From positions 2,752 through 66,751 of the IMG/VR virus record IMGVR_UViG_2896003607_000008: 64,000 bases of DNA, one strand, 5' to 3'. Source of the DNA: a virus. Taxonomy: Duplodnaviria; Caudoviricetes. Position numbers and translations under genes: made by a program. Below are positions 25,771 to 35,277 of this stretch, in pieces (the stretch's first letter is position 1; each line of letters begins with the position of its first letter). The notes beneath the pieces are model-generated. The model was not told where the DNA came from and did not search any database. It saw nothing but the letters and a program-made list of their open reading frames with translations.

Positions 25771-25974
25771 TCACTCGACCTTCTTGATGTTCGCGGCGAA
25801 CCGGCCACGATCGCCGTGTTGAACATCGAACGACCACTTCTCACCGAGGCCAGGCTCGGCCCGGATGCCGTTCTTTCGAAGCTCGCTCATGTGGAAGAAC
25901 ACGCGGGATCCATCCTCGGCTGCGATGAATCCGTAGCCCTTCGTCTTATCGAACGACGTCACAGTCCCGTTCAC
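25771..25974 (-). CDS. csp: Cold-shock domain protein
   Basis: GTV..F...KGYGFI (RNP1), VFFH.S (RNP2), G..AANI. Confidence 0.9.
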   Translation of the reverse strand: MNGTVTSFDKTKGYGFIAAEDGSRVFFHMSELRKNGIRAEPGLGEKWSFDVQHGDRGRFAANIKKVE

Positions 25975-26825
25975 CTGGTCTCCTCCTCACCCTGACCAAT
26001 AACCTTGGCTCCTGCCTCGATCACCTTCTTGAAAGCGCGCCATGTCGGGTCGCGCGCGAGCCTGGCCGGGTCGTAGAATTCGGTCAGCGCATTGAGGGCT
26101 ACATCGATGTCGTGGTTCACCGATCGATGGTCCCTGCCGCCCAGCGCATGAATCTTTGCAGCCGTCTGCGCCATAATCAGCACGCCCACGCAGATGTCGT
26201 AGTTCCGTTCCCCGATGTAACGCTGAACTGAATTGAGGCGCTTCTGAGCCTCTACGGCTCGAAGATGGCCAGCGTGCGCCTTCGCCGACGCATCGACCCG
26301 CGGATCGAATCCGGGAGACCGAAGACCAGAGTAGAACGCCGCCTCCCAGTCTCTCACGAAACGCTCGGCGGCCGGCTGATGAGGTACGCGCAGTTGCTTG
26401 ACCCGTCGGAAAGAGTGCTGAAGCGTGGTGACCAGCACGTTCTGATTAGGATGATCCGGATCCGGGATAACGTCGTGGCGTTCACCCCTATTCAGACGGT
26501 CTTTCTCCGCCTGTCGCTTCTTCTGCTTCTTCGACGGCGCCGGTGTATGGCCGGTGATGTTGAGCGGATCAGATGCCGCCGCATGTGATCTCGCCGAAGC
26601 GCGGATCGCGGCCTTGTTACTTTCGATGTAAGCCTCGACCAACTTCGCCTGAGGAGTGTCGTATCCCATTGACCAAGCAACACCAGCTTCCTGAATCAAC
26701 CGCTCCTGCGCGCGTCGCTTCTCATGATCAAGCTGTGCCTGATATGCATCTGCCGGAGCTTGGCCTGCATTGTCCGCTTGATTTTTCTTCGCAGACTTCG
26801 CTCTGCGCCGCTTATCCGCTCCCAT
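25971..26825 (-). CDS. Hypothetical protein, candidate late-gene regulator (Q-like position)
   Basis: Between replication and late genes; AAERF..DWE and C-terminal helical/HTH-like segment. Confidence 0.5.
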   Translation of the reverse strand: MGADKRRRAKSAKKNQADNAGQAPADAYQAQLDHEKRRAQERLIQEAGVAWSMGYDTPQAKLVEAYIESNKAAIRASARSHAAASDPLNITGHTPAPSKKQKKRQAEKDRLNRGERHDVIPDPDHPNQNVLVTTLQHSFRRVKQLRVPHQPAAERFVRDWEAAFYSGLRSPGFDPRVDASAKAHAGHLRAVEAQKRLNSVQRYIGERNYDICVGVLIMAQTAAKIHALGGRDHRSVNHDIDVALNALTEFYDPARLARDPTWRAFKKVIEAGAKVIGQGEEETR

Positions 26826-26920
26826 CGTTCCCTCACGCGCGAGATCCCAGCAGAACGAGTAGGACGGCCGGCGTTGGTTGTCACTAAAGCAACCCTTTCA
26901 GAAGGCCCTCCGTCAACGCC

Positions 26921-28324
26921 TCAAAACGGGACGTCCGCCTGATCGACATCGCCAAAGAGCATACGAGAGCCGTTAAACCCGACCGTCTTCCAGCTTCCGC
27001 TCGATCCGTCACGTACCTTAAGCGGTGCGATCTCAGCTCTATCGCGCCAGTTTTCCATGTTCTTGCACCACTCATCGAACGGTTCACGACCTCGAGGATT
27101 TGCCTCTGATGGCGGCTCCGGCTGATTCTGCTTCAACCACTCGGTCGGCACGCTGACCCCAAGGATTACGTCGCTTGCTTCCTTCAAGCCGCCGCCGCCG
27201 TAGATGTCGCTATCTTTGAACCGCCAGTTCCCTGCAGACTTCTGTCCCTCCTTGGTAATCTGCGCGAGCTGAATGAATACGGCGTCGAGCTCCTTCGCGA
27301 GGTCTTTATTCGTCATCGACGCATGTTCGATCGTCTTGATGTCGTTCCAACCATCCCGCTCCGGCTGCACAATCCGAAGGTGGTCCAGAACGAACAAACG
27401 AACGCCATACCGTCGGTGCGCGGCCCGGCACTCGGCTGCATATTGCTTCGCAGTCATTGCGCCGCGGTCAAGAATATGGATCGGCATCGCATCGAGCTGC
27501 CGCCGAGCCTGAAGCAGCGCCTCGTAATCCTTCTCGGTGAAATCGCCGGTGCGCTGCCGGCGGACCGAGATCCCCGTCATTGAAGCCAGGTCTCGATATC
27601 CGATTTGCTCGCGCGACATCTCGAAGCTAAGGAACAGCGAGGCATGGACCTGGGACGGGTCAAGCGATGGCGATGCCGCATGACGCAGGATCTGGGACGT
27701 CAGCGCAGATTTTCCGTGTCCAGATCTCGCCGCTATGGTCACCAGCGTCCCCCCTGTAAGAGGACCAATGGCCTTGTCGATCTCGGCGATTCCCGTAGTG
27801 ATCCCGATCGCCCGGCGGCCGCGGGATTGGTAGGCCTCCCCAGCTTTCCTCAGTGCTGTGTCGGCAGCCTCGCCGATCGAAACAGCGTGCTTGGCGCGGT
27901 CCGCATCGTCGACTGCGCGAAGCCGATCTTCGATCGCCACGCGCGTCTCTTCGAACGATTTACCCTGCTGGTTGGCGATGCGCCCAATCGCGACGCGCTC
28001 CCGCTCCCGCCATGCCGTCAGCAGCGCATCGACGAAATCCGTTGCGCTGCTGACGTCCTGTGCCTTCTCGACCAACACGAGAAGCACAGCCTCTCTCGAG
28101 CCGACCCCTTCCCATTCCTCCGGCAACGTCGCTTCAAGAAGAGACAGGCTCAGGTTGCGCCCGCTTTGACAGCAGTTCGCCACCGCCGAGAAGATGTCGC
28201 GAAAATGGGGGACCGTGAAGTGCTCGGCCGAGAGGATGCCGGCGATCTCCCAGTACGCATCCGCCGACCCGATGATCTTTCCGATCACCGCCTCCTCGGC
28301 ACGAACGTTCGCCAGCGGATTCAC
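26921..28324 (-). CDS. dnaB: DnaB-like replicative helicase
   Basis: AEEAVIG N-domain, GITTGI..ID, AARSGHGKS, FLSFEMS, VLDHL; GTG start overlapping primase stop. Confidence 0.9.
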   Translation of the reverse strand: MNPLANVRAEEAVIGKIIGSADAYWEIAGILSAEHFTVPHFRDIFSAVANCCQSGRNLSLSLLEATLPEEWEGVGSREAVLLVLVEKAQDVSSATDFVDALLTAWRERERVAIGRIANQQGKSFEETRVAIEDRLRAVDDADRAKHAVSIGEAADTALRKAGEAYQSRGRRAIGITTGIAEIDKAIGPLTGGTLVTIAARSGHGKSALTSQILRHAASPSLDPSQVHASLFLSFEMSREQIGYRDLASMTGISVRRQRTGDFTEKDYEALLQARRQLDAMPIHILDRGAMTAKQYAAECRAAHRRYGVRLFVLDHLRIVQPERDGWNDIKTIEHASMTNKDLAKELDAVFIQLAQITKEGQKSAGNWRFKDSDIYGGGGLKEASDVILGVSVPTEWLKQNQPEPPSEANPRGREPFDEWCKNMENWRDRAEIAPLKVRDGSSGSWKTVGFNGSRMLFGDVDQADVPF

Positions 28325-29421
28325 GCGCCCTCCTCCATGCGGCGGCGCGCATTCCAAATGTCCAGATAGTCCTGCCGCATCTTGGGCTCAGGCTGTGTAT
28401 CGGCGCGGAGGCCGATGGCCTGAACACGTTCCCGGAGCTTCCGAGCCGCCGCCCGCCCGGCCGGCTCGGCGATGAGCAAGTCGTCCTGTTGTTTCCGCCA
28501 GGGCTTGTCGCCATCGGGGAAGGTCGTGATGTGGTTCACGCCTAGAGGGGGCTCAAAGCCGATCAGCCCCGACGTCGACAAGCACGGCCAGACCGGGTAG
28601 CGGTGCCTGATCAGCGCCGCCGCTCCGCCGGCGGTCTCCAACCCCTCGCATACACCGATATGGTCGGCCATTCCGCCAAGACGCACAGCGCCGCCGCCGG
28701 CCGGCCCGAGGCCAAGTTTAGCGTTTTCCACGGGCGCTTTCGTCGGCTTCTTCGGGTCGAGAAAGATTCTCCAGACCGCCGTAAGATCGCCGACGACATC
28801 ATCAACGCGGGCTACCACTGCGCCAAACCAAAGCCGTGGGTCCAGGTCGTAGCAAAGCCGCGGGTGATACCTCACGACATCCCACCATCCGCCAGGCGGC
28901 TCCGGCACGCCACGTTCCATGAAATAGGCTTCGGCCTGCGTCCCTTTGATTGGGATCGACTCCTGCCAAACGACGCTGGCGATCGCCAGCCGCTTTCGTT
29001 CTTCCTCGATCGACCGCCGCTCCGCTTCCGCCCTCTCGTCGGCGCATTTAGCAAGCCACTCCTCTCGACGCCGTCGTTCTTCCGGCGTCTCCTGCCTTCG
29101 TTCTTCCATGCCAACAAACTCGCGAGCTGCCCGAAACACGTCGGCATCCGCGCGATGTCCCTTTCCCCCATTGAACCCGTAGGCAAAGAGGTTCAGCTCG
29201 TCGCCGCCAACCCCCTCTGACTTCCTGGCCCACGCTCCTCGAGGGCACTTTGGAGACGGCGCGAGATACACCATGAACGACCCGAGATCGCGCTTATTAG
29301 CGGGGGCACAATACGCAAGCCGGCCACGCTTCACCCATCCAGGCCAGAAGTGGTCGAGCAGCCGCTCAAGATCTTTGTTCAGCCGCGTCTTGATTTCCTC
29401 AGCGTCGTTCTGCGGGCTCAT
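28321..29421 (-). CDS. Toprim-domain primase (P4 alpha/DUF7146-like)
   Basis: W..S.PI.GT.AEAYF..RG, GGAVRLG, VCEGLET, FPDGD, DYLD. Confidence 0.85.
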   Translation of the reverse strand: MSPQNDAEEIKTRLNKDLERLLDHFWPGWVKRGRLAYCAPANKRDLGSFMVYLAPSPKCPRGAWARKSEGVGGDELNLFAYGFNGGKGHRADADVFRAAREFVGMEERRQETPEERRRREEWLAKCADERAEAERRSIEEERKRLAIASVVWQESIPIKGTQAEAYFMERGVPEPPGGWWDVVRYHPRLCYDLDPRLWFGAVVARVDDVVGDLTAVWRIFLDPKKPTKAPVENAKLGLGPAGGGAVRLGGMADHIGVCEGLETAGGAAALIRHRYPVWPCLSTSGLIGFEPPLGVNHITTFPDGDKPWRKQQDDLLIAEPAGRAAARKLRERVQAIGLRADTQPEPKMRQDYLDIWNARRRMEEGA

Positions 29422-29717
29422 ATTCCACCTGCCCGCTCAATCGCTTCACGCTTGCATCGCTGCCAAAGCGCGTCAGCGATACGCATCGCCGCAAGCGTGC
29501 GATCGAGTTGCGAGTCGAGAAACCGATTCCCCTGCGCTGTATATTCGGCCTCGAAGCGTAAGTTGGCCCGCTTCGCCGCGCGATCGGCCAAGCGTCGCCG
29601 GCGCTTTGTGAGTTTGCTAACAGCAGCCCAATGCTTGCCGCAGATCCATTCCTGGTACAGGCCGCGCTTAATCGTCCGCCGGCAATAAGGAACGCAGCAG
29701 GATAGCCGGTCACTCAC
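29418..29717 (-). CDS. Hypothetical protein with Cys/His motif
   Basis: CCVPYCRRT...WICGKHW; coupled on both sides. Confidence 0.65.
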   Translation of the reverse strand: MSDRLSCCVPYCRRTIKRGLYQEWICGKHWAAVSKLTKRRRRLADRAAKRANLRFEAEYTAQGNRFLDSQLDRTLAAMRIADALWQRCKREAIERAGGI

Positions 29718-30517
29718 AGCATGCTCTCCTGCACGGCTGAGGTGACGGATTCCGCGGGCTCTGTCGGCTTCCATTTCTCGTAGTCAGCCTCAATTTCAGC
29801 ATAGACCCGCGGATGCTGCGCTCTGAAGTCTGGCAATCCCGGCGCCGGCCGATAGGTTTTGTCCTCGCCGAGCAGCAACCAGCCGTTGGCAGACGGCAGC
29901 CACCGGCGGTGATCGATGTTGATATGCTTGAAGTCAGACCGGCGCAGATAGCCGCGCTTTTCCAGAATGATCGAGATCTTGATCGCTCGGATCTTCCAAT
30001 CGGTAAGTTGCACCGGCGCTGACCGGCCCGCTTCAACATCGGGGACGTACTCAGGGAGCTTGATCCTCGACCTCGGCGCCCACTCGTACCAGTCATCACT
30101 GTTTCCGTAGCGATCGCCAGGAAGCAGTGGAGAGAGCGGCTTCATCCTGTTCGGACGATACTTCCGAAAATAATCAGCAACCTCCGCCTCTGATGGGCAG
30201 TAGATGACGGTCACGCCGATATACTTACAGATCCGGTGGAATCCACGCGGCTCGGTCGATGGCACCAGTACCGCTCTGCAGTCCGGGCCAGGCAGATCTG
30301 CCGCCCACGAGCCGTATTCTTCGAGCGCTTGGGATATCACTTCGGCGTTCAGCCGAAGCTTTGCCTCAATGCCGATCTGGAAACCGTCGGAGTTACGCAC
30401 GAGCAGGATGTCCCAACCTCCCCACTCGTTGTATGGCGTCCATTCCGGCGGTAGCACGCTGATGAAGCGCGCGCAGAGTTCGGACTCCGACGCGAACGGT
30501 TTCGACGATTTCGGCAT
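29714..30517 (-). CDS. Conserved phage hypothetical protein, PD-(D/E)XK-like motif
   Basis: WDILLV...IGIEAKL; LPEYVPDV.AG..P..LT.WK. Confidence 0.7.
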   Translation of the reverse strand: MPKSSKPFASESELCARFISVLPPEWTPYNEWGGWDILLVRNSDGFQIGIEAKLRLNAEVISQALEEYGSWAADLPGPDCRAVLVPSTEPRGFHRICKYIGVTVIYCPSEAEVADYFRKYRPNRMKPLSPLLPGDRYGNSDDWYEWAPRSRIKLPEYVPDVEAGRSAPVQLTDWKIRAIKISIILEKRGYLRRSDFKHINIDHRRWLPSANGWLLLGEDKTYRPAPGLPDFRAQHPRVYAEIEADYEKWKPTEPAESVTSAVQESML

Positions 30518-30541
30518 CTCAGATCCTAGGCAAACCGAACG

Positions 30542-30847
30542 TCAGTGATCGAGCGCCGCGGCGCCCATCCGGTACGCATCGGAACACGAGCAAAATACCT
30601 CTTGATCGTCGATGCTGCCTGCGAGGCTCTGGTTCTTCTGTTCGACGTGGAGCCGGTCCAACTGAGACATCATCGCCCTGACACTTGCTTCGATGGTGTC
30701 CCCTTGCTCGGGAACGGCGTCGAACTCACTGATCTGCTCTCTCAACGCCAGAGCAGCACGCTCCAAACGCTCCTGCCGATTGGTGCAGCCCCATTCAGCG
30801 AGCAGCTGCTCTCCCGTTCTGAAGTCGTCGTCGCAATCGTTGAGCAT
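30542..30847 (-). CDS. Hypothetical protein (101 aa)
   Basis: Internal ATG of the track ORF. Confidence 0.5.
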   Translation of the reverse strand: MLNDCDDDFRTGEQLLAEWGCTNRQERLERAALALREQISEFDAVPEQGDTIEASVRAMMSQLDRLHVEQKNQSLAGSIDDQEVFCSCSDAYRMGAAALDH

Positions 30848-30867
30848 GGTCTTCTCTTTCTTCTGCT

Positions 30868-30987
30868 TCAAAAGAACTCGCGGCCGAGCGGCCGACGGCG
30901 GCGCGCCAATACGGGCACTCCCAGCACCGAGCCGACAACCACGACCGCAACCGCGCCGGCGATGACGATGAGGTTCAACCCGCTCAT
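30868..30987 (-). CDS. 39-aa single-pass membrane peptide
   Basis: Manual translation MSGLNLIVIAGAVAVVVVGSVLGVPVLARRRRPLGREFF; ATGA overlap with MTase stop. Confidence 0.5.
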   Translation of the reverse strand: MSGLNLIVIAGAVAVVVVGSVLGVPVLARRRRPLGREFF

Positions 30988-32780
30988 GCCGATGCTCTCT
31001 TCTGGCGCCGTTCAGTGGCTGAGGTATCAAGGTCAGCCGCATCCGCCATGATGGCCTTGACCTCGGCCTTCATCATCGCCACCGAGACCGCGTTTCCGAT
31101 CTGCTTGATCTGCTCAGTCTTGGTTCCCGCGAATTCGTACTTGGTCTCTTCGTCGGTGAAGCCCATCGCGGCCGCGAGCTCGTGAGGTTCGAGCATCCGG
31201 AACAGGATGTCGTACTGCGGCGTCGCCGAGTGCGGCGCGCCTTCAGCATGCCGCGACAATACGAATGGCTCCACGACATAGCCGGCCCCTCGGCAGTCCG
31301 CTGTCGGCAGCGGGTCATGAACGGCATGTGCGCGGCCTGAACCGTTCTCTCCGTGTCGGTTAAGAACGAATGGTTCAACGAGCATGGGCCGTGCGCAGCC
31401 AGGATCATCTGATCCGGCGCCGCCTGTCGTGATGGTCGGCAGCGGGTCCGCCGCCGCCCGAGGTGCACCGGTGCTGCCAGGCGCCATAACGAAGGGCTCG
31501 GCGAGAAATAGATGACCAGCGTGCGCCGTCTGTGTCGGCGCCGGCGCCCCGACATCCGAGGCGGTCGACCTGCCCTTCATGTTGACAAGGAGAGGCTCGG
31601 CAAGACCAAGACGAGCCTGCGTCATAACGGTCGGCGCTGGCTGGTCGACGCCTTGCGCATCGCGACGGAAGTTCTGCTTTACCAAAAACGGTTCAGCCAA
31701 CCCGATATGGGTGCCGCCGGCCGCCACCGTCGGAAGCGGCAAGGCCAACGAACGCCCGTTTGCGTTCCTGCGAAGCGTCACCAGCATCGGCGCGGCTCCG
31801 CGATGATTGCCGGCCACCTGCCCGATATCGCCGTTCCGGAGCGATCTCATCCACTTCAAATAGGCTTGCGCCCGAAACCTATATCGCTGGCGGTCCTCAG
31901 TGCGGCGCGAGTGCCGCTTAGCGTAGCAATCGGCAATGGAGCGGCTCAGCGACCGCTGCAGTTCATCAGCCAGCATCTCGAGCAAGATGTCTGGCCATTT
32001 GAATTTGATCGCACCGGCAAGGATCCGCGCCAGCGTTTTCGGCGCAAGCGGCACCTGGCGGCCGAAGATGGATCGTCCTTTGATGCTCCAGTCGATGATC
32101 TCGCGCGCCGGGCGCCAGGGCTTCAGATCACCGAAGGGCAGTACACTGCCGTCGGCCGGCATCTTCATGTGCGTCAGCGGAGCCCAACCCAGAGTGCGGC
32201 GATCGTTCCGCGCCTTCAGGATGAAGCGCTGTCGCGTTTGGGCTTCGCCATAGTTTGCGGAGTTCAACTTCCGCCATTCGGGGTTGAACCCGAGCCCTCG
32301 GATCACGTTGATCCATGCGTTGAAGTATTCGCCCTTCCGCGACTTCACCGGCTTCCCGGTGCGCGCGTCGACAGGCCCCCAGCTGATGAACTCCCACACG
32401 TTCTCGATGATCAGACGCTTGACCCGCAATTCGGTCAGCCACGTGATGATGTGCCAGGGGTCAGAGCGCTGCTGGTCAGATGTTGGCTTCCCGCCGCGGG
32501 CGACAGAGTGATGCGTGCAGGTCGGCGACGCCATCAGCAGATCTAGGTAACCTTCCGGCACAATCAGGTGCGGCCGCACCGTCGCGATGTCCTGGCAGTA
32601 ATGCCTCGCCTGAGGATGATTCTTTGCGTGTGTTTCGATGGCCGTCGGCCAGTGATTTAGACAGACCAGGTCCATCTCCAAACCCAGCTCGTGGAGCGCT
32701 CGCGCGCAACCTGTCGAACTTCCCCCGGCCCCGCACAGCAGGTCTGCAACCAAGATCTTTCGGCGCGCCATGCTGCTCAC
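30984..32780 (-). CDS. Orphan DNA (cytosine-5) methyltransferase
   Basis: DLLCGAGG (I), ASPTC (IV), ENV (VI), QTRQR (VIII), QIGNAV (X). Confidence 0.92.
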   Translation of the reverse strand: MSSMARRKILVADLLCGAGGSSTGCARALHELGLEMDLVCLNHWPTAIETHAKNHPQARHYCQDIATVRPHLIVPEGYLDLLMASPTCTHHSVARGGKPTSDQQRSDPWHIITWLTELRVKRLIIENVWEFISWGPVDARTGKPVKSRKGEYFNAWINVIRGLGFNPEWRKLNSANYGEAQTRQRFILKARNDRRTLGWAPLTHMKMPADGSVLPFGDLKPWRPAREIIDWSIKGRSIFGRQVPLAPKTLARILAGAIKFKWPDILLEMLADELQRSLSRSIADCYAKRHSRRTEDRQRYRFRAQAYLKWMRSLRNGDIGQVAGNHRGAAPMLVTLRRNANGRSLALPLPTVAAGGTHIGLAEPFLVKQNFRRDAQGVDQPAPTVMTQARLGLAEPLLVNMKGRSTASDVGAPAPTQTAHAGHLFLAEPFVMAPGSTGAPRAAADPLPTITTGGAGSDDPGCARPMLVEPFVLNRHGENGSGRAHAVHDPLPTADCRGAGYVVEPFVLSRHAEGAPHSATPQYDILFRMLEPHELAAAMGFTDEETKYEFAGTKTEQIKQIGNAVSVAMMKAEVKAIMADAADLDTSATERRQKRASA

Positions 32781-33913
32781 ACCCGCATCGGCATGAGCAC
32801 GTAGAGCGCATCCGGATCGCTGCCAGAGAAGAGCGTCGGGGAACCGGGGTCAGCCAGCTTCACCGTGATCTTGTCGCCCGACAGCCGGCGAAGCATGTCT
32901 CCGAGGTACTGGCTGTTGAAGCCGATCTGCATCGGCTCGCCACTGAATTCGACCTCGAGCTCTTCGACCGCGCTGCCGGAATCCGGGTTGGTCACCGACA
33001 GCACCAGCTTGCCGGGCTCGATCGCGAGCCTGACCGCACGGCCCTTCTCCGTCGACACCACCGCCACGCGGCCCGTCGCCTCTTCGAAGTCGACCCGGTT
33101 GACCGACAACGTCTTGCTGTTGTTGATCGGCACCACTCGATTGTAGTCGGGGAATGTGCCGTCGATCAGCTTCGAGACCAGCACGAGCTCGCCGCTCGAT
33201 AGTGCGATCTTGCTCGCCGACACCGAGACGGAAATATCATCCTCGGCGTCGAAGAGACGAGCGATCTCGCCAACCGTCTTTCGGGGAACGATGACGCCCC
33301 TCATTCCCCTGGCGCCATCCGGAACCGGAAAATCAGCTTGGGCCAAACGATGGCCGTCCGTAGCTACCGCACGAAGCGTCTGCGAATTGTCTCCACCATG
33401 AGTGTGGAGGTAAATACCGTTGAGGTAGTATCTCGTCTCTTCGCTCGAGATCGCGAACTCCGTCCGTCCGATCAGCCGTTGGAGATCGGCCCCACGCATC
33501 GCGAAGCAACTCGCGTCATCACTCCCTGGCTCCGACAGGTTGGGGAAGTCCGTCACCGGCAGGGTCGGCAACGTAAAGCGCGAGCGCCCGCTCTTCACAA
33601 CGATGGTCCCGCCGGATCCGCCCTCGGGTTGCTCGATGGCGATCTCAGCGCCGGCCGGCATCTTCCGAACGATGTCGTGCAACAACTGCGCAGGCACCGT
33701 CGTCTCGCCGGAACGCTCGACCCGCGCTGCGAGAGAGTCACTGAGCTTGATGTCGAGGTCAGTACCGGTGACCCACAGTCGATCGACGTCAAAGCGTAGC
33801 AAGACGTTTGCGAGGATCGGCACCGTATTCCGCTTTTCGATGACCCGCGTCATGCGAGTGAGGCACCGCAGCAGCGGTACTTGCTCAACTGAGGCCTTGA
33901 GATTGTTCGTCAA
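32777..33913 (-). CDS. dnaN: DNA polymerase III beta sliding clamp
   Basis: RNTVPILANV, EETRYYLNG, AVATDGHRLA, LIDGTFPDY, VLMPMRV; TTG start overlapping upstream stop. Confidence 0.95.
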   Translation of the reverse strand: MTNNLKASVEQVPLLRCLTRMTRVIEKRNTVPILANVLLRFDVDRLWVTGTDLDIKLSDSLAARVERSGETTVPAQLLHDIVRKMPAGAEIAIEQPEGGSGGTIVVKSGRSRFTLPTLPVTDFPNLSEPGSDDASCFAMRGADLQRLIGRTEFAISSEETRYYLNGIYLHTHGGDNSQTLRAVATDGHRLAQADFPVPDGARGMRGVIVPRKTVGEIARLFDAEDDISVSVSASKIALSSGELVLVSKLIDGTFPDYNRVVPINNSKTLSVNRVDFEEATGRVAVVSTEKGRAVRLAIEPGKLVLSVTNPDSGSAVEELEVEFSGEPMQIGFNSQYLGDMLRRLSGDKITVKLADPGSPTLFSGSDPDALYVLMPMRV

Positions 33914-34479
33914 AACGGCGTCCTTTCTGTCTGTTGACTCTGAGGGTCGAAAAGATCGCCGCGCGGCACTGCATAACGTGGGTCCAGCAATCCGCGCAGA
34001 CACCACGCAACGCCGAGCGCCTCCGCGGCGTCCAACGACGTGATATTTCGGTCGACCAACTGCGCGTATGCGAGCGAGTCCTGTTTGGTCGCATGCCCGT
34101 TGCCAGTGAACGCCTTCCGCCACGTGCCCTGATTGATGTAACGGTGATCAACGTTCTGAGCCGCGCACACCTCCTCAACCACGGCACAGAGTCCGTAGAT
34201 CCTTTGGAATGTCTTCATCGGCGGGCGCGTCGTCGGGCCCGTAGAGCCGTCTTCGAGTGCTCTTCCAGGAAGATCAATGTCTGTGCGGAGCGGCTGCTCA
34301 ACGCCAACGTGCGTGATCTGATACTTGTCGATCATCTTGTAGATGATGCGCCTGCAGTGGCGGAACACCTCTCCGGAGGTCTTGCCTTGCCAATGAAACG
34401 CGCCGGCCGTGACATAGCTGTCGCCCTTTAGGATCGCGAATCCCGTTACGGTTGCTACGTCAAGGCCGGCGAGGATCAT
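33910..34479 (-). CDS. RuvC-like Holliday junction resolvase
   Basis: MILAGLD.A..TGFA, VGVEQP, WRKAFTGNGHATK, DAAEAL. Confidence 0.8.
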   Translation of the reverse strand: MILAGLDVATVTGFAILKGDSYVTAGAFHWQGKTSGEVFRHCRRIIYKMIDKYQITHVGVEQPLRTDIDLPGRALEDGSTGPTTRPPMKTFQRIYGLCAVVEEVCAAQNVDHRYINQGTWRKAFTGNGHATKQDSLAYAQLVDRNITSLDAAEALGVAWCLRGLLDPRYAVPRGDLFDPQSQQTERTPF

Positions 34480-34482
34480 CGG

Positions 34483-34710
34483 TCAGCCTTCCGCCTGCAG
34501 CAGCGCGTCGCTCAGTTTGAACATCAGGGCTGCGCACGATCGACCGTAGTCGGGTTCGCGACCATCCGCCTTGTCGGCTACGAAGCGCTGCACGGTCTGG
34601 AATTCCGCTTCGAACGCCGCCGGGTCTTCGGTGTACTGCCGCATCCATTCATCAAAGGCCGCGGCCATCTCTTGCTGAGACATCATGCGAGTCGCGTTCA
34701 TCGCGATCAC
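34483..34710 (-). CDS. Hypothetical protein (75 aa)
   Basis: Coupled ORF in operon. Confidence 0.65.
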   Translation of the reverse strand: MIAMNATRMMSQQEMAAAFDEWMRQYTEDPAAFEAEFQTVQRFVADKADGREPDYGRSCAALMFKLSDALLQAEG

Positions 34711-35249
34711 TCCTCGCCTTCATCGTCCGCGCCGCCCTCGGTCTCGGCTTCGCCGTCCGAGCCCTTGCTCTCGGGCATCTTCATCGAGAGCACGGAATTG
34801 CGCTCCGACCGCGCCTGTCGGAATGCCGTCAGCCAGTGATTGCCCTTCACAGAGCCCGGGTACGGGTTGTCGCTCTCCTGGGAGCCTGGCTCACCATCGA
34901 GCGAGAAGCCGGCCGCGCGGCCTTCGATCTCGGCCCGCTCGGTCTCCGGGGTCGGACCTTGCCTGAGGCCGAACATCTCGTACTGCGCCGGCGACAGCTC
35001 CTTGCCCATAAGCTTGAGGTAGTGGGCCGTTCGTTCGAACGTCTTGAAATGCTCGTCGATAGCTTCCTGCCCCTGATCGCGAAGCTTGATCGCGATCTTC
35101 GCAGCATCGGTGTTCAGTCCGCGCAGGTCAGCGGTGCTGTACGCTGCACGAAGCTCGCCTTGCTTCTTGTCCTTCGCTCCCTTCGCGGCTCTGATGATGC
35201 CCAGACTGGTTGCATCAATCGCGTCTTGGGATGGTTCATTCGTTGCCAT
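34707..35249 (-). CDS. GapR/DUF2312-like protein with RMF-like C-terminal motif
   Basis: ELRAAY..A...G.....KIAIKLR...YLKLMG; EGRAAG...NPY......WL. Confidence 0.5.
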   Translation of the reverse strand: MATNEPSQDAIDATSLGIIRAAKGAKDKKQGELRAAYSTADLRGLNTDAAKIAIKLRDQGQEAIDEHFKTFERTAHYLKLMGKELSPAQYEMFGLRQGPTPETERAEIEGRAAGFSLDGEPGSQESDNPYPGSVKGNHWLTAFRQARSERNSVLSMKMPESKGSDGEAETEGGADDEGEE

Positions 35250-35277
35250 GCTGGTACTCCGTCCTCTCCGGTAGTTG

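Noticed and set aside
28321-29421. P4-like satellite suggested by the toprim primase
   Set aside because: Gene is embedded and translationally coupled in the prophage operon; no separate integrase or satellite boundaries
33914-34123. 70-aa N-terminal extension of DnaN in the ORF track
   Set aside because: Overlaps the RuvC-like gene; TTG at 33913 with AAGGA RBS gives a normal 378-aa clamp
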